A stretch of DNA of 64,000 nucleotides from assembly GCA_963840855.1 (NCBI GenBank), contig CAWJBB010000059.1, positions 34,990 through 98,989 on the forward strand. Direction: 5' to 3'. The notes below the pieces were generated by a model. The model was not told where the DNA came from, searched no databases, and saw only the letters and a list, made by a program, of their open reading frames with translations. The DNA is from an uncultured delta proteobacterium. GTDB lineage: Bacteria; Desulfobacterota; Binatia; UBA9968. This document shows, piece after piece, positions 33,588 through 45,446 of the stretch (the stretch's first letter is position 1; every line of letters starts with the position of its first letter). The position numbers and the translations under genes are program-made.

Positions 33588-34303
33588 TTATCCGTCACCT
33601 TTAATTTCATTCACCGGCAGATAAAGCGTCATCCCTTGCGGTGAGTTAAACGCTTCGAGGTGTCCGGCCAGTCGGTTGTCCATGGTTCTAACATGCATGT
33701 GAAGATCCGAATCGCGGGGTGTGAAAATGCCGCGGTGATGTCGCGAGTAGAATCCGATGATCTCGACCGACTCCTGGCGATCGGAAAGCGAACTTTGCCT
33801 TTTTCGTGCAGCTCCGGGCCATATTTCCGTCACTCTGATTGCACAGGACATGCAACTTGGCCGTCGATCATGCGCCCAGTGGATCAAGAATGGAAACGGC
33901 TGCATCGACCGTCGATTCCGTTCTACACCGCCAAGGGCAGCAAGCTGTTCTGTCGAGCTGTTGCTCGCTCATCAATGCCGATTCTCAGGGTTACCGCGCC
34001 GCCAAGTTTCGACGATCCCGTAAACCAGGAATCCGCACGGTGACAGAAACCTGATCGATACGTTCGACTTGCCCGTCTCTAACTTGTGAAATCAGCGCGT
34101 ACGCTATTGAAAATCGAAACTTCACCACGTCCTTGTTCCAGAGGACCGACCGCATAAAGACCGTTCAGATTAGCGAATCGCTCAAGGGAAATGGGCTCCT
34201 TGGCCTTCCCGGCGATGAAATCTCCCTGGGAACCAAACCACTCGACGCACCAAGGACGAATCTGAGCGGGCGCTTTCTCAGATTTCAAAGCTTCGTCAAC
34301 CAT
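33588..34303 (-). CDS. Acetolactate-decarboxylase-like protein (frameshifted)
   Basis: LYAVGPLEQGRGEV and GFYS.HH.GIFT...LHMH...AGHL metal motif. The start overlaps the upstream stop. Confidence 0.65.
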
Positions 34304-35448
34304 GGGCCGCCTCGACGATTTTGCCAATCTCGCGTGTATCGTAACCGCCAAGCGCTTCAAGCTCATCTCGGAAGGGTTTGCTGACCATCGTGTCGAGCAG
34401 GACCTGCAGGCCGCTCAATGTTTCGTAATAGCTTTTCGGGATGACCAGGTCGTAGCGTTCCCGTTGCAGCGGAACAAAGTCTAGACCGCAGATCGCGGCC
34501 GCGGCGCGCACGCCAATACCTGCGTCAGCCAGGCCAGCTTTGATCCGCGACGCTACCTCCAGATGGGACAAGACTTCGTCGCTATAGCCCTTCACCCGGT
34601 TGGGCTCGATCCGGCTCGCGTCCAACTGTTTGTCGAGCAGACGGCGCGCACCTGAACCTTTTTCGCGGTTGACGATTCTGACGGTTGATTTCGCAATGTC
34701 AGTGACAGCTCGGATCTTCTTGGGATTGCCCTGGCGGACAATGAAGCCTTCTTCCCAATGGGCGAAAGTGACGATGATATAGTCCATATCGCCGAGGCTG
34801 TGCTTTAAATTGGGAAGTTGCCACTTGCCTGCAGCTCTCATCAGCGAGATGGATGCCTGCCACATGAACTTCACCGCGCTTGAGCGCTGCAAGGGCGATG
34901 CTGCTGCCCATCAGACAGGGCACTAAGTTTTCCTGATCGTGCTTTTTGACATGCTCACCGGCTAAAAACATAGCCGGATCGCATCCGCCCACGATAATTT
35001 TCCTGCGTACAGCTTCGCGATCTTTCAGTAATTTGACTTTTACCCGGCTCGTATCGGGGTTTGACTCTATGACAAGGCCGTCCGCTGTGGCGCTTAGGCT
35101 GGCGAGCTCTCCGAGTCCATGAAGCGGCCGCACCAGCAGCCGGTGACCGATCTGAGTTACCTGAGCTCTCCACGGTCCAGTGCCTTGGGGAATGGCACCG
35201 AGCAGCTCGCCTTCGACAATCTCGCCGCCGCTCTTGAGGCTGAAAAGATCCTCGACCCGGCAACGGAGCGCCCGCGCGAGCTGGAGTGCAACCGACGTGG
35301 CGGGCGAATAATGATTCGCCTCTAAAGCGGAGACGGCTTGCCGCGTGATCCCGGCCAGATCCGCCAGTTGTTTTTGCGAGAGAGCCAGCGCCTGCCGTTT
35401 CGCGCGCAGGTGGTTCTCCATTTCTACCTGAGTGACATCGGTTTCCAT
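34296..35448 (-). CDS. XRE-HTH + molybdate-binding PBP-superfamily transcriptional regulator (frameshifted near 34830)
   Basis: LSQKQLADLAGITRQAVSALE HTH; GSSIAL...HVAGIHL, VNREKGSGARRLLD and FVPLQRERYDL. Confidence 0.85.
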
Positions 35449-35579
35449 GCGGGCTCCGACAGGATAATTGACATTATGTCCGGTATCATATACTAAGCGC
35501 GCATGTCAAGCATCATTTCCAGCGCTGTGGCCAAGTTGTGACTGAAGGGACGGACATGATAGTCAAAAGGGACGGAGCG

Positions 35580-36639
35580 ATGGGGTACAAAAGCACGAAT
35601 AGGATCGCCGCTTTCGTGTTGATTACGGCGGCTCTTCTCGAGTCATTGGCGTTCGCTGCCGACAAACGCGTCGTGGTGGATTCCGCGGGACGCAAGGTCG
35701 AGGTCCCGGCTAAGGATCGAGCGCGTGTTCGTCGCTGGCGGCCCGGCCGCCACCTTCATTTATACCCTCGCACCCGACAAGCTTCTCGGCTGGACTTCTC
35801 CCCCCACGCCTGGACAACGCGCCTACATCCCGGCTCGCTTCATGGAGCTGCCCGTGCTCGGGCGGCTCACGGGACGGGGCAACACGGCCAACATTGAAGC
35901 AGTCCTCGCCGCCCGCGCCGACGTCATCCTCGACTACGGCACTATCAATCCGACGTACATCTCTCTCGCTGACCGGGTCCAGAAGCAGACCGGCGTCCCG
36001 TATCTGCTTTTCGACGGCGCTTTTGACCGCATCCCAAGCGTCTACAAATTAGCCGGCGCGGCGCTCGACGCAGACGAAAGGGCCGCGGATTTGTCGCGCT
36101 ATGCGGAACGGCTGCTTGCCGATGTCGACAAACACTTAGCACGCGTGCCGCCCGAGAAGAGGCCCATGGTCTACTTCGCTCGGGGACCCCGTGGATTCCA
36201 GACGGGCCTTAAAGGTTCGATCAACGTGGAGAGCATCGAACGAATTGGCGCTCGCAACATTGCCGCGGAGCGCATGGGCTCCGGAGGGCTCGTCACGGTC
36301 TCACCGGAGCAGCTCCTTCTGTGGAATCCCGACATTGTCATTACCATCGAACCCTCTTTTCCCGCTGCCGCGCGCTCCGACGACGTATGGAAGGGAATCA
36401 ACGCGGTACGGAACGGTCGCCTCTATCTTGCGCCAACCGATCCGTTTCCCTGGCTCGACTTCCCGCCGTCCGTAAACAGGCTCATCGGCTTAAAGTGGCT
36501 CGGGCGTGTCCTGTATCCTGAGTGGTTTCCAGAGGATCTTCGCGCTGAGACGCGGACCTTCTACAATCTTTTCTATCATCGAACGCCGGATGAACGGCAG
36601 CTCAACACCTTACTCGGCGGCGCGGGTCAGGCAAGGTGA
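35580..36639 (+). CDS. Type II (FecB/BtuF-like) ABC substrate-binding protein (frameshift near 35715)
   Basis: Signal peptide, VVDSAGRKVEVP, LPVLGRLTGRGNTANIE and PFPWLDFPPSVNR. Confidence 0.85.
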
Positions 36640-37688
36640 TGAACCGAGACGCTCCCAGATCAACGCGGCTCACCGCCCGCCGACGTGAGGCCTTGGGCTT
36701 TGGCCTATCGGCTGCGTTACTGGCACTGCTGTTTCTGGTCTCGTTCTCAGTCGGCCGATTTCCTGTTGCCGTCGTCGACTTGATACATCTCGTATGGTCC
36801 AAGTTTTCGGGCGTCCCCAGCGGTCTGCCTGGGAACGTTGAGGCTGTGGTCTTTAACGTGCGCGGCCCTAGGGTGCTCGCCTCTATGGCGGTCGGCGCGA
36901 CGCTCGCCGCTTCAGGTGCCGCCTATCAAGGATTGTTTCGCAATCCGCTGGTGTCGCCTGATATTCTTGGCGTTTCCTCGGGCGCAGCTCTTGGAGCTGT
37001 GCTCGGTATCTACTTCTCGCTCGGCGTCGTTGGAATACAAGCGCTCGCCTTCGCGGTAGGTCTGGGCGCAGTTGCAGCCGTCTATGCCATCGGCACCTCG
37101 CTCCGACATCACGATCCCGTTCTCATACTGGTCCTTGCTGGCGTTGTGATCGGTACCTTGCTCGGTTCCGCGGTCGGTCTTATCAAGTATCTCGCCGATC
37201 CATACAACCAGCTTCCGGCCATTACCTTTTGGCTGCTGGGTAGTCTCACGGCGATCACCGCGGCTGATCTCCGAGCCATTCTTCCGGCTATCCTTCTCGG
37301 TCTCGTCCCGCTCTTCCTGCTCCGTTGGCGCATGAACCTGATGACCCTGGGCGAGGAGGAAGCTCAGGCGCTCGGTGTCGATACGCGGCGGACTCGGATC
37401 GCGATTGTCTCGGGCGCCACACTGATGACAGCGGCGGCCGTTTCGGTAAGCGGCATTATCGGCTGGATCGGCCTACTCATTCCCCATTTTGCGCGGCTGC
37501 TCGTCGGCCCCGAATTCGGCCGCATGTTGCCGGCGTCCATGCTTTTGGGCGCCGGTTATCTTCTCGCCGTTGATACGCTCGCCCGTACGATCTCAAATAT
37601 CGAGGTGCCACTCGGCGTGCTCACGGCGTTTATTGGCACGCCGTTCTTTATCTGGCTTCTTTCTTCCGCGCGCAGGGTCTGGCAGTAA
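36636..37688 (+). CDS. FecCD/BtuC-family ABC permease
   Basis: FRNPLVSPDILGVSSGA and GIIGWIGLLIPH motifs. Confidence 0.93.
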   Translation: MMNRDAPRSTRLTARRREALGFGLSAALLALLFLVSFSVGRFPVAVVDLIHLVWSKFSGVPSGLPGNVEAVVFNVRGPRVLASMAVGATLAASGAAYQGLFRNPLVSPDILGVSSGAALGAVLGIYFSLGVVGIQALAFAVGLGAVAAVYAIGTSLRHHDPVLILVLAGVVIGTLLGSAVGLIKYLADPYNQLPAITFWLLGSLTAITAADLRAILPAILLGLVPLFLLRWRMNLMTLGEEEAQALGVDTRRTRIAIVSGATLMTAAAVSVSGIIGWIGLLIPHFARLLVGPEFGRMLPASMLLGAGYLLAVDTLARTISNIEVPLGVLTAFIGTPFFIWLLSSARRVWQ

Positions 37689-37690
37689 AG

Positions 37691-38512
37691 TTGATAGCGA
37701 TGCGACTCCAAGTCGATAATCTCATCTTCGGATACGGCGAAAAAATCGTCGGCGCCGGCGTTAGCTTCGCGCTCGAAGCGGGTGAGGTGCTGTGCCTCCT
37801 GGGTCCCAACGGCGCCGGCAAAACGACGCTCTTCAAGACGATCCTGAAGCTCGTGGCGCCCCTCGGAGGCGCCATCTCAGCCGACGGTGAAACAATCGGT
37901 CAATGGTCGCGCCGTAGGTTGGCTCGCCTCTTCGGCTATGTGCCGCAGGCCCAACTCGGCTTCTTCCCATTCACTATTCGCGAAGTCGTTCTGATGGGCC
38001 GCACGGCGCACATCGGCGTTTTCACCACGCCCTCCTCGCGAGATGCGGAAGTTGCGGAGAGAATGCTTTATCTCCTCGGCATCGGCCATCTTGCGGACCG
38101 GACATACACTGAAGTGAGCGGCGGTGAGCGGCAGCTCACGCTCATCGCACGGGCGCTCGCTCAGGAGCCCAAAGTGTTGGTGATGGACGAGCCGACCGCG
38201 AGCCTCGACTTCGGCAACCAAATCCGGGTGCTCTCGGAGATCAAGACTCTCGCCAGCCACGGCATCGCCGTGATCTTATCGACCCACGATCCCGATCAGG
38301 CTTTTCTCTGCGCCCAGCGCGTGGCGATCCTGCACCAGGGCCGACTTGCTCATATCGGTCCGCCCGAAGATGTCATCACGCCGTCGATTCTGCGCGCGGT
38401 TTATGGCGTCGAAGTCGAAATCGTGCAGCTCAACAGCAGCGGAGAAAAACGCCTGATTTGTCTTCCGTCGCTTGCTCCCTTGGGTCCTGGCACGCGCTCT
38501 AGTGCCAGCTAA
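37691..38512 (+). CDS. ABC transporter ATP-binding protein
   Basis: GPNGAGKTT, VSGGERQ and MDEPT motifs. Confidence 0.93.
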   Translation: MIAMRLQVDNLIFGYGEKIVGAGVSFALEAGEVLCLLGPNGAGKTTLFKTILKLVAPLGGAISADGETIGQWSRRRLARLFGYVPQAQLGFFPFTIREVVLMGRTAHIGVFTTPSSRDAEVAERMLYLLGIGHLADRTYTEVSGGERQLTLIARALAQEPKVLVMDEPTASLDFGNQIRVLSEIKTLASHGIAVILSTHDPDQAFLCAQRVAILHQGRLAHIGPPEDVITPSILRAVYGVEVEIVQLNSSGEKRLICLPSLAPLGPGTRSSAS

Positions 38513-38614
38513 ATTCTCTACAGAACTACAGCGGCTAGTCGCCGTGACGAATTCTCAATCATCCAGTGCTCGGCGAATTGTGTCTTCACAATTTTTTGCG
38601 CCGTTCAAGCCGCG

Positions 38615-38641
38615 GTTGCACTAAATTATTTTTCGTGTTAC
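38615..38641. promoter_or_regulatory. Putative NikR operator upstream of nikR
   Basis: GTTGCAC-N13-GTGTTAC. Confidence 0.6.
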
Positions 38642-38655
38642 GAGAATTGCAGGCT

Positions 38656-39072
38656 ATGAGTACAGTTTCTCGCTTCGGCGTTTCTCTGGAGGAGGATCTT
38701 CTCGCCGCTTTTGATTTAAGTATCGGCGGCCAAGGCTATCAAAACCGTTCGGAGGCGATCCGTGATCTGATCCGCGATCACTTGATCCAGAAGCGAGTCG
38801 GTCAGGGGGATTCCGAGGTCATTGGTGTGGTCACCCTGGTCTATGACCACCGGGTGCATCGCCTGAGCGATGTTTTGGCGGATATGCAGCATAAAGCCGA
38901 AGTCGCCGTGAATGCCAGCTTGCATATTCACTTGGATGAGCATAACTGCCTCGAAGTGATCGTTATCCGGGGACGCGCCGACAAGGTGCATGAAATCGCC
39001 GGCAAGCTCATCGCCACCAAAGGAGTGCAAAATGGCAAGTTGGTGACCACTACGCCGGAGATGACGCACTAA
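38656..39072 (+). CDS. nikR: Nickel-responsive regulator NikR
   Basis: RHH domain (RFGVSL...NRSEAIRDLIR) and the Ni site YDH...QH...LHIHLDEHNCLE. Confidence 0.95.
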   Translation: MSTVSRFGVSLEEDLLAAFDLSIGGQGYQNRSEAIRDLIRDHLIQKRVGQGDSEVIGVVTLVYDHRVHRLSDVLADMQHKAEVAVNASLHIHLDEHNCLEVIVIRGRADKVHEIAGKLIATKGVQNGKLVTTTPEMTH

Positions 39073-39088
39073 AAAATTTTGCCACTAG

Positions 39089-39115
39089 GTAACACCAATT
39101 TTCGTTCTATAGCAC
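39089..39115. promoter_or_regulatory. Putative NikR operator upstream of the MFS gene
   Basis: GTAACAC-N13-ATAGCAC. Confidence 0.6.
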
Positions 39116-39154
39116 CTGTTCTTTTTCGACGCGCAAAGCCTCAAAGAAGGGCCA

Positions 39155-40421
39155 ATGTCAGAACCGCACAATCATCATCACGAGGCGTCCTCTAACCGAA
39201 CTGGTGGTTCAAGGGCCACGCTCACACTCATAAGCCTCGCGCATGGCATTAACCACGCCCAGTCGGCGCTCAAACCGCTGGTCTTTCCGATGGTCCTGCG
39301 CGATCTTAATTTCGGATATAGCGAGCTGGGGATAATGCTGGGCGTTGCCGCCGCGGTTGGCGGCGTGCTGCAGCTCTTCGCGGGCGCTCTTGGCAAGAAT
39401 CCTGCCCCGGCACCTGATCCTCGGCATCGGCAACGCTTCCGTCGGTATCTGCTTCGTATTCGTCGGTCTTGCCCAGAGCTTTTCTCAGTTTTTTCTTTGG
39501 ACCGTGGTGTCCCGGGTCGGCGGCGCGGCGCAGCATCCCGTCGGCAGTTCGCTGTTATCCCATCACTTCAAGGAGAAAAAACTCGGCACTGCGCTGGCCA
39601 CTCATTTCACCGCAGGCAACCTCGGCACCGCCGTGATCCCCCTCTGCGCCGCTATCCTGATCGGATTCTGGGGCTGGCGCGCCACGGTCATCTTATTTGC
39701 TGTTCCGGCAATACTGGTCGGGATAGCGATGTGCATCTGGCTTCAAGATACTGCGCGTACACAGAGCGCTGCGGTTTCCAACACCTCGTCGTTCTGGCAG
39801 GACAGCGGCGAAGCGATCGGCAATCGCAATCTCCGTTGGATACTGATCGCCGCGGTGGTCGCGGCAGGCGGCTCCGGACACGGCATTATCTCGAGTTTCT
39901 TGCCGCTCTACTTGAATCACAATCTGGGCATGGAAGCCACTGCCGTGGGCGTCATTTTCACCTTGATGAATGTCGGCAGCATCGTTGGCCCCATGCTTTG
40001 CGGCAAGCTCGCGGACCGCTATCCGCCGCAGCGGATTTTGCTGATCAGCTACCTGCTGTCCGCCGCGATCACGCTGCTGATACCCTGGTTGGGCGTGAAT
40101 TTCATAGGCGTCGCGCTGGCGGTGACGATGCTTGGCGTTACAGCTTTCGGCACCAATCCGCTTCTCCAAACTCTGGTCGCTCAGACGACGTCCGATCGAT
40201 TGCGCGACACCGGCTTCGCCTGGTTTTACACGGCGTCGTTTCTCGCCGGCGCCCTTTGGTCGCCCACCGTCGGTTACCTCAGCGAATGGTTAGGACTGAA
40301 GGCGGCCTTTGGCGCCATGGCTGTGTCGTTCATCGCCGCGATCTTCTGCGTTTTGTGCGGCCGTTTTCACGAGGTGTCTCGCTTCGAGCCGCGCTCGGGT
40401 GAAGTCGCACAGCACGGCTAA
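39155..40421 (+). CDS. MFS transporter (Fsr-like; frameshift near 39395)
   Basis: AHGINH, QHPVG and GKLADR motifs; about 12 hydrophobic segments; His-rich N-terminus. Confidence 0.85.
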
Positions 40422-40438
40422 AATTTTTTTATGCACAG

Positions 40439-40465
40439 ATCACACGAATTTCAATTAAGTAACAC
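40439..40465. promoter_or_regulatory. Putative NikR operator upstream of the TonB-dependent receptor
   Basis: ATCACAC-N13-GTAACAC. Confidence 0.55.
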
Positions 40466-40480
40466 CTGGGAGTACATAGA

Positions 40481-42515
40481 ATGCTGCGGTTTTTGACGTG
40501 GATCTTTTTCGCCACCGGGCTCGCCTTGCTGATCGCTCAACCCATCGCGCAGGGCGCCGAGCCCGTCGAAGTCTACATCTGGGGGCAACAGCCAACGTCA
40601 GCGGCGACGGAGCAAACGCGTTGGGCGCGCGACTTGGAGCTACGCCCCTCGAACACTCCCAGCGACGTGCTGCGAACTGACGCCCGGACTGCTCATCGGC
40701 CAACACCATGGCGGCGGCAAAGCAGATCAGATCTTATTCCGCGGCTTCGATTCCGATCATGGGACCGATTTCGCAATCTTCATCGACGGCATCCCGGTCA
40801 ATATGGTGAGCCACGCGCACGGACAAGGCTATGCCGACATGCATTGGCTCATTCCCGAGACCGTCGACCGGGTGGAAATCTACAAGGGTCCCTATTTCGC
40901 CCATCTGGGCGATTTCGCCACCTCCGGCGCCATGAACATTATCACCAAGCGCGGCGACAAAAGCAGCACGCTCACGCTCACCGGCGGCAACTACAACACA
41001 CACCGCTACGTCGGCATTTTCGCACCGCCCGAAAGCACCCTCTTGCGCCCCTACATCGCCGGCGAGGTTTACTACAACGACGGGCCGTTCAAAAACCCTA
41101 ATAACTATATTCGCTACAACATTCTCACCAAACTCGGTCTTCTGTCGACGGCAAATTCGAACCTGACTTTCCTCGGAACGTTCTTCAAAACCGACTGGGA
41201 TGCTTCCGGCGAGATTCCCGCCCGGTCCGTGCGCGGCGGCGAGATCGGCCGATTTGGCTCTTTCGACCCCAGCGAAGGCGGCAAGTCTCAGCGTCAAAAC
41301 ATGAGCTTGGTCTACAACTACACCGACGCCAACCAGAGCTTCAACGCGCAGAGTTGGGTGTCCTGGTATCAGCTCCAGCTCTGGTCCAATTTTTCATTGT
41401 TCTTCAACGACGACGTAAACGGCGACGGCATTGAACAAAGGGACAAACGCTTCCTCGCGGGTAACAACATCAACTACCGGAGAAACTACAATCTTTTCGG
41501 GCTGCCGATGGAGACCCTCGTCGGCTTTCAAAGCCGCTTCGATCACATCCGCGTCGGACTATTCAATCAGACGAACCGCCGCCGCCGCGAGACCGTCCAG
41601 AACAACTATGTAGATCAGACCAATCTGGGCTGGTTCGTACAGCAGGAGATCCGGCCGACTTCGTGGTTGCGCACTCAGATCGGCGCGCGTATGGACAATT
41701 TCTGGTTTAAGGTGAATCAAATCGGCGCAGTGGCCGAGCCGATCGCCGGCAACGGTTCGGACACGATCGTAAACCCCAAGCTCAATTTTATCTTTTCACC
41801 GTTCAGCGATAACAACGTCGCCAAGTCTACCAATCTATTTCTCAACCTTGGCGGCGGCTTTCATAGCAACGACGCGCGCGTCTTCGTCCAAGATCCCAAG
41901 AAAGAGATCCCGCGCTACTGGGGCGGCGAAGTAGGAACCAAAACACGTCTTTTCGAACGATTAAACACCACATTTTCCTACTGGCGCTCTTATCTGGAGA
42001 GCGAACTTGTCTTCGTCGGCGACGAGGGAACTTTTGAGCCGGCAGGACCGAGCAACCGCCATGGCGTCGAGACCGAACTGCGCTACGACATCCTGCCTTG
42101 GTTGACTTACGATCTCGATCTCTCTTACACCTGGGCGAAATTTACCAACGGCGACAAAGTGCCGCTCGCGCCGCGCTTCCAAACCTTTACCGGTATCACC
42201 GCGCGCCATGAGTCGGGGATACAGGCGCGTTTGCAGATGCGCCATGTCGGCCAGCGCTACGGCATAGAAGACGGCAGTATCAAGGTTCCCCCAGCGACGG
42301 TCTTTGATCTATTTCTGAAATATGTTTGGAAGCGCTACGACTTCTTTGTCGAATTCCTAAACCTGGCAAACACAAAATGGCGCGCCGCCGAGCATGTGTT
42401 CGAGTCGCGCACCCCCGGCGAAGTGGCCTCTGGTGCGCCCGGGCAGCTCGATGCCCATTTCACGCCCGGCGACCCGTTCACGGTGAAAGCGGGTATCACA
42501 ATTCATCTGTGGTAG
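40481..42515 (+). CDS. TonB-dependent outer membrane receptor (frameshift near 40678)
   Basis: Signal peptide; plug QHHGGGKADQ..RGFDSDHGTD, HAHGQGYAD and RVEIYKGP; C-terminal aromatic residue. Confidence 0.9.
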
Positions 42516-42562
42516 AAGTCAACCTCTCGTATTTTCGGTTCAGTGAGATATTAAAAGTAGGC

Positions 42563-43822
42563 ATGCAAACCAACACCGAACAAACCACTGCCAACCCGTC
42601 GTCGAACCGCAAGGCGATTTTTTCCATCGTCTGCGGCGGCCATTTTATCAACCACTTTCAGTCGGCCATGCTCGGCGTCATCTATCCGCTGATGATGAAA
42701 GAGTTAGGCATGAGCTACCTGGCGATCGCGTCCCTCGCCTCGGTGTATAACACGCTGGGCAGCGTCTTGCAGGCATCCTACGGCTTCATCGTGCCCTATC
42801 TGCGCCGCGGCGTGATCCTGGGCATCGGCAATTGCCTGCTCGGACTATCCGTGGTTGCCAGCGGCTTCGCTTCGACGTTCAGCCAATTTTTTACCGCGCG
42901 GTTGATCGGCGGCGTCGGCTCCAGCCCGCAGCATCCGGTGGGATCGAGCATGCTTGCCAGCCACTATAGCGAAGCGCGCGGCCGCGCGCTGGCCTTCCAC
43001 ACGACCGCGGGACAGATCGGCGGTCTGTTGGCCCCAGTGCTGGCGGCGGTGCTGGTAACATGGTTCGGTTGGCGCGGCGTCTTTTGGTTCGTCGGCGCGC
43101 TGACTACTGCGGTGGGGCTGATTTGCTTCGTCTTTCGCGACAGTCTACGCGCCGCGACGCAAGACAAGCCGAAATCACGCCTGGTGCCGGTCGGCTGGGA
43201 GGCCTACAAGATTTGTCTCAAGGACAAAAATATTCTGCTCGTTTCGCTGGTTTTCATGGCCGGCGCGGCTGGACGGGGGCAAGACATCAATGAGGTTTAT
43301 ATCATTCCCCACTTCGTCCATGACTTTCACCTCGATCTTACCCGCGCCGCTTTTCTTTTCAGCTTGATTCAAGTGGGCAGCCTGATCGGCCCCTACGTTT
43401 GGGGCTGGATCTCGGATCGCTTCAATCGAAAACTGGTTATCCAAGCGTCGCTTTTTATTTCGGGATTATGCACGTTGTGGCTTGCCTGGCAGGAATCAAT
43501 TTCCGCAAGCCTCTTTGTCAATCTCGTCGTCTACGGCGCGGCGGTCACCTCACGGCAGACGTTGACCCAGGCGTTGCTCGCCGATCTGGTCGGCGAAGAG
43601 CTTTTCGACGCCGCTTTCAGCCTTTACTATTTTATCGGCTTTATCTCGATTCCCTTCTGGACCGTGATCACCGGCGGGGTCATGACCAAGTACGGCTTCG
43701 GCCCCGCGTTCAGCGTCATCTCAATTTCGTACCTTGTCGCTATGAGCCTCCTGGTATTGCTGCGCGTCCCCGCGAAAGGCCCCGGTCTCGCTCAAGAGCG
43801 ATCGCATCATCCGCGCCAATGA
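42563..43822 (+). CDS. MFS transporter, paralog of 39155-40421
   Basis: GHFINH, QHPVG and GWISDRFNRK motifs. Confidence 0.88.
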   Translation: MQTNTEQTTANPSSNRKAIFSIVCGGHFINHFQSAMLGVIYPLMMKELGMSYLAIASLASVYNTLGSVLQASYGFIVPYLRRGVILGIGNCLLGLSVVASGFASTFSQFFTARLIGGVGSSPQHPVGSSMLASHYSEARGRALAFHTTAGQIGGLLAPVLAAVLVTWFGWRGVFWFVGALTTAVGLICFVFRDSLRAATQDKPKSRLVPVGWEAYKICLKDKNILLVSLVFMAGAAGRGQDINEVYIIPHFVHDFHLDLTRAAFLFSLIQVGSLIGPYVWGWISDRFNRKLVIQASLFISGLCTLWLAWQESISASLFVNLVVYGAAVTSRQTLTQALLADLVGEELFDAAFSLYYFIGFISIPFWTVITGGVMTKYGFGPAFSVISISYLVAMSLLVLLRVPAKGPGLAQERSHHPRQ

Positions 43823-43906
43823 GCACCATCATTTTACACGAAAGGCAAACGCGGCAGGCCGGTGTTGGAAAATGGCCATCGCACGAGCGCATAAAGAAAG
43901 CCCGCC

Positions 43907-44701
43907 ATGAGAGATGACTCACTCGGCATTCCGTTCATCTGCTCACTCGTCATCCATGGTCTGGTGATCCTGCTTGGTTCGGTCATTATTCACAACACCA
44001 ACCAGCTCCGAGAGGATTTTCTACCCATTCACTTGGTCGACCCGCCGACGCTGGAAAGCCCGCCGCAGGATAAAAAACCCGAGGTGCAACCGGAGATCAA
44101 AAAGCCTGCGCCGTCGCCTAAACGAGAAAACCCTCAAGAAACGCCGCCGGTCGCCAAAACCACTGTGGTTAAGCCTGAGCTTCCTACGCCGCCACCGACC
44201 CCGGCGACAGCAGAGCCGGCGAAAACGGAGAGCGCCCCAAGCTTTGCCTCGGACCCGCGCGTCATAGGCGGCGGCAGCGAAGCCGGCGCCGGCAGTTTAC
44301 TCGGCAACGGCGATGTAGGAATCGTCCCTGGATCCGGCGCCTCCGGCGGAGGCGGCGGCACAGCCGCGTCCGGCTTGGGCCGCGGCGCCGGGGTACCTGG
44401 TCTGCCTGCTCAAACAGCTCCGATAAAAACTAATCGTGAAGCGAAACCGATTCAAACCGTGCGCGCCGACTATCCGGCAATGGCGCTGCGCGTTGGACTT
44501 CAGAGCGATGTTACGTTGAGAATCGAAGTCGACTCCGTCGGGAACGTCACTAAAGCTGAAATCATCAAGAGTGGCGGCAGCGGCTTCGATGAAGAAGCGC
44601 TCAAAGCGGTCAAGCAATCGCGCTTCGAGCCGGCGCAAAAAGACGGTCAGAACGTGCCGGCTGAGTTCACATACATCTATCGGTTCAGGCTGCAAAGATA
44701 A
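43907..44701 (+). CDS. tonB: Energy transducer TonB
   Basis: TM helix with SLVIH, Pro-rich linker and C-terminal YP...G...F.PA domain. Confidence 0.88.
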   Translation: MRDDSLGIPFICSLVIHGLVILLGSVIIHNTNQLREDFLPIHLVDPPTLESPPQDKKPEVQPEIKKPAPSPKRENPQETPPVAKTTVVKPELPTPPPTPATAEPAKTESAPSFASDPRVIGGGSEAGAGSLLGNGDVGIVPGSGASGGGGGTAASGLGRGAGVPGLPAQTAPIKTNREAKPIQTVRADYPAMALRVGLQSDVTLRIEVDSVGNVTKAEIIKSGGSGFDEEALKAVKQSRFEPAQKDGQNVPAEFTYIYRFRLQR

Positions 44702-44795
44702 CTGGCTATGCAAGGTTGATATTGGAGATCACAATCATTAGCTGACATAGGATACTCCGAGGAAACCTTGAACAGACGAAGAAGGGAGATCTAAT

Positions 44796-45446
44796 ATGGC
44801 AAACACCCCGCACTCATCGGGAGATCACGATCACGGGCAGCACGGAGAACGGGAACATCAGCATGGTCACGATTCCCATGACTGGGCTTCGCCGGAGTAT
44901 GTTTCCAAATGGGCCAACGGGCAGGATCCAAAGGAAGCCGACCGCGCGCAGGCGTTCGAGGTGATGGCGGATACCATCCCGTTCGATAAGTCGCAACCGA
45001 TTCGGATCTTGGACCTCGGCGCCGGCTACGGCGCGTTGACTCAGTTTCTGCTCGAACGCTTTCCCAACGCCACGGCGGTTTGTCAGGACGGCTCGGAAGA
45101 AATGGCCAAGCTCGGCTACGAGCGCATGAAGCAGCTTGCCGGCAGGTTCGAGTATGTTTTCTGCGATTTCAGCCGCTCTGGCTGGAGCAAACTTCTGCCC
45201 GGCCCGTTCGAAGCGGTAGTCTCCTCCATCGCCATCCATAATGTGCGAAGCCCTAACATCATTCGCGGCATCTACGAGGACGCCTTTGGGCTGGTAAAGC
45301 CCGGCGGATGCTTTCTCAATTTCGACCGGCCCCGGCCTCCCTGGGAGGATCAAATGAAGTGGCTGAGCGGCGCGGGCTTCGCAGACGTAAGAATTTTCTG
45401 GCAAGGCGGAAACCGAGCGGTGTTCGGCGGATTTAAAAAAGCATGA
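44796..45446 (+). CDS. Class I SAM-dependent methyltransferase with a His-rich N-terminus
   Basis: ILDLGAGYG, VVSSIAIH and LVKPGGCF motifs. Confidence 0.88.
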   Translation: MANTPHSSGDHDHGQHGEREHQHGHDSHDWASPEYVSKWANGQDPKEADRAQAFEVMADTIPFDKSQPIRILDLGAGYGALTQFLLERFPNATAVCQDGSEEMAKLGYERMKQLAGRFEYVFCDFSRSGWSKLLPGPFEAVVSSIAIHNVRSPNIIRGIYEDAFGLVKPGGCFLNFDRPRPPWEDQMKWLSGAGFADVRIFWQGGNRAVFGGFKKA

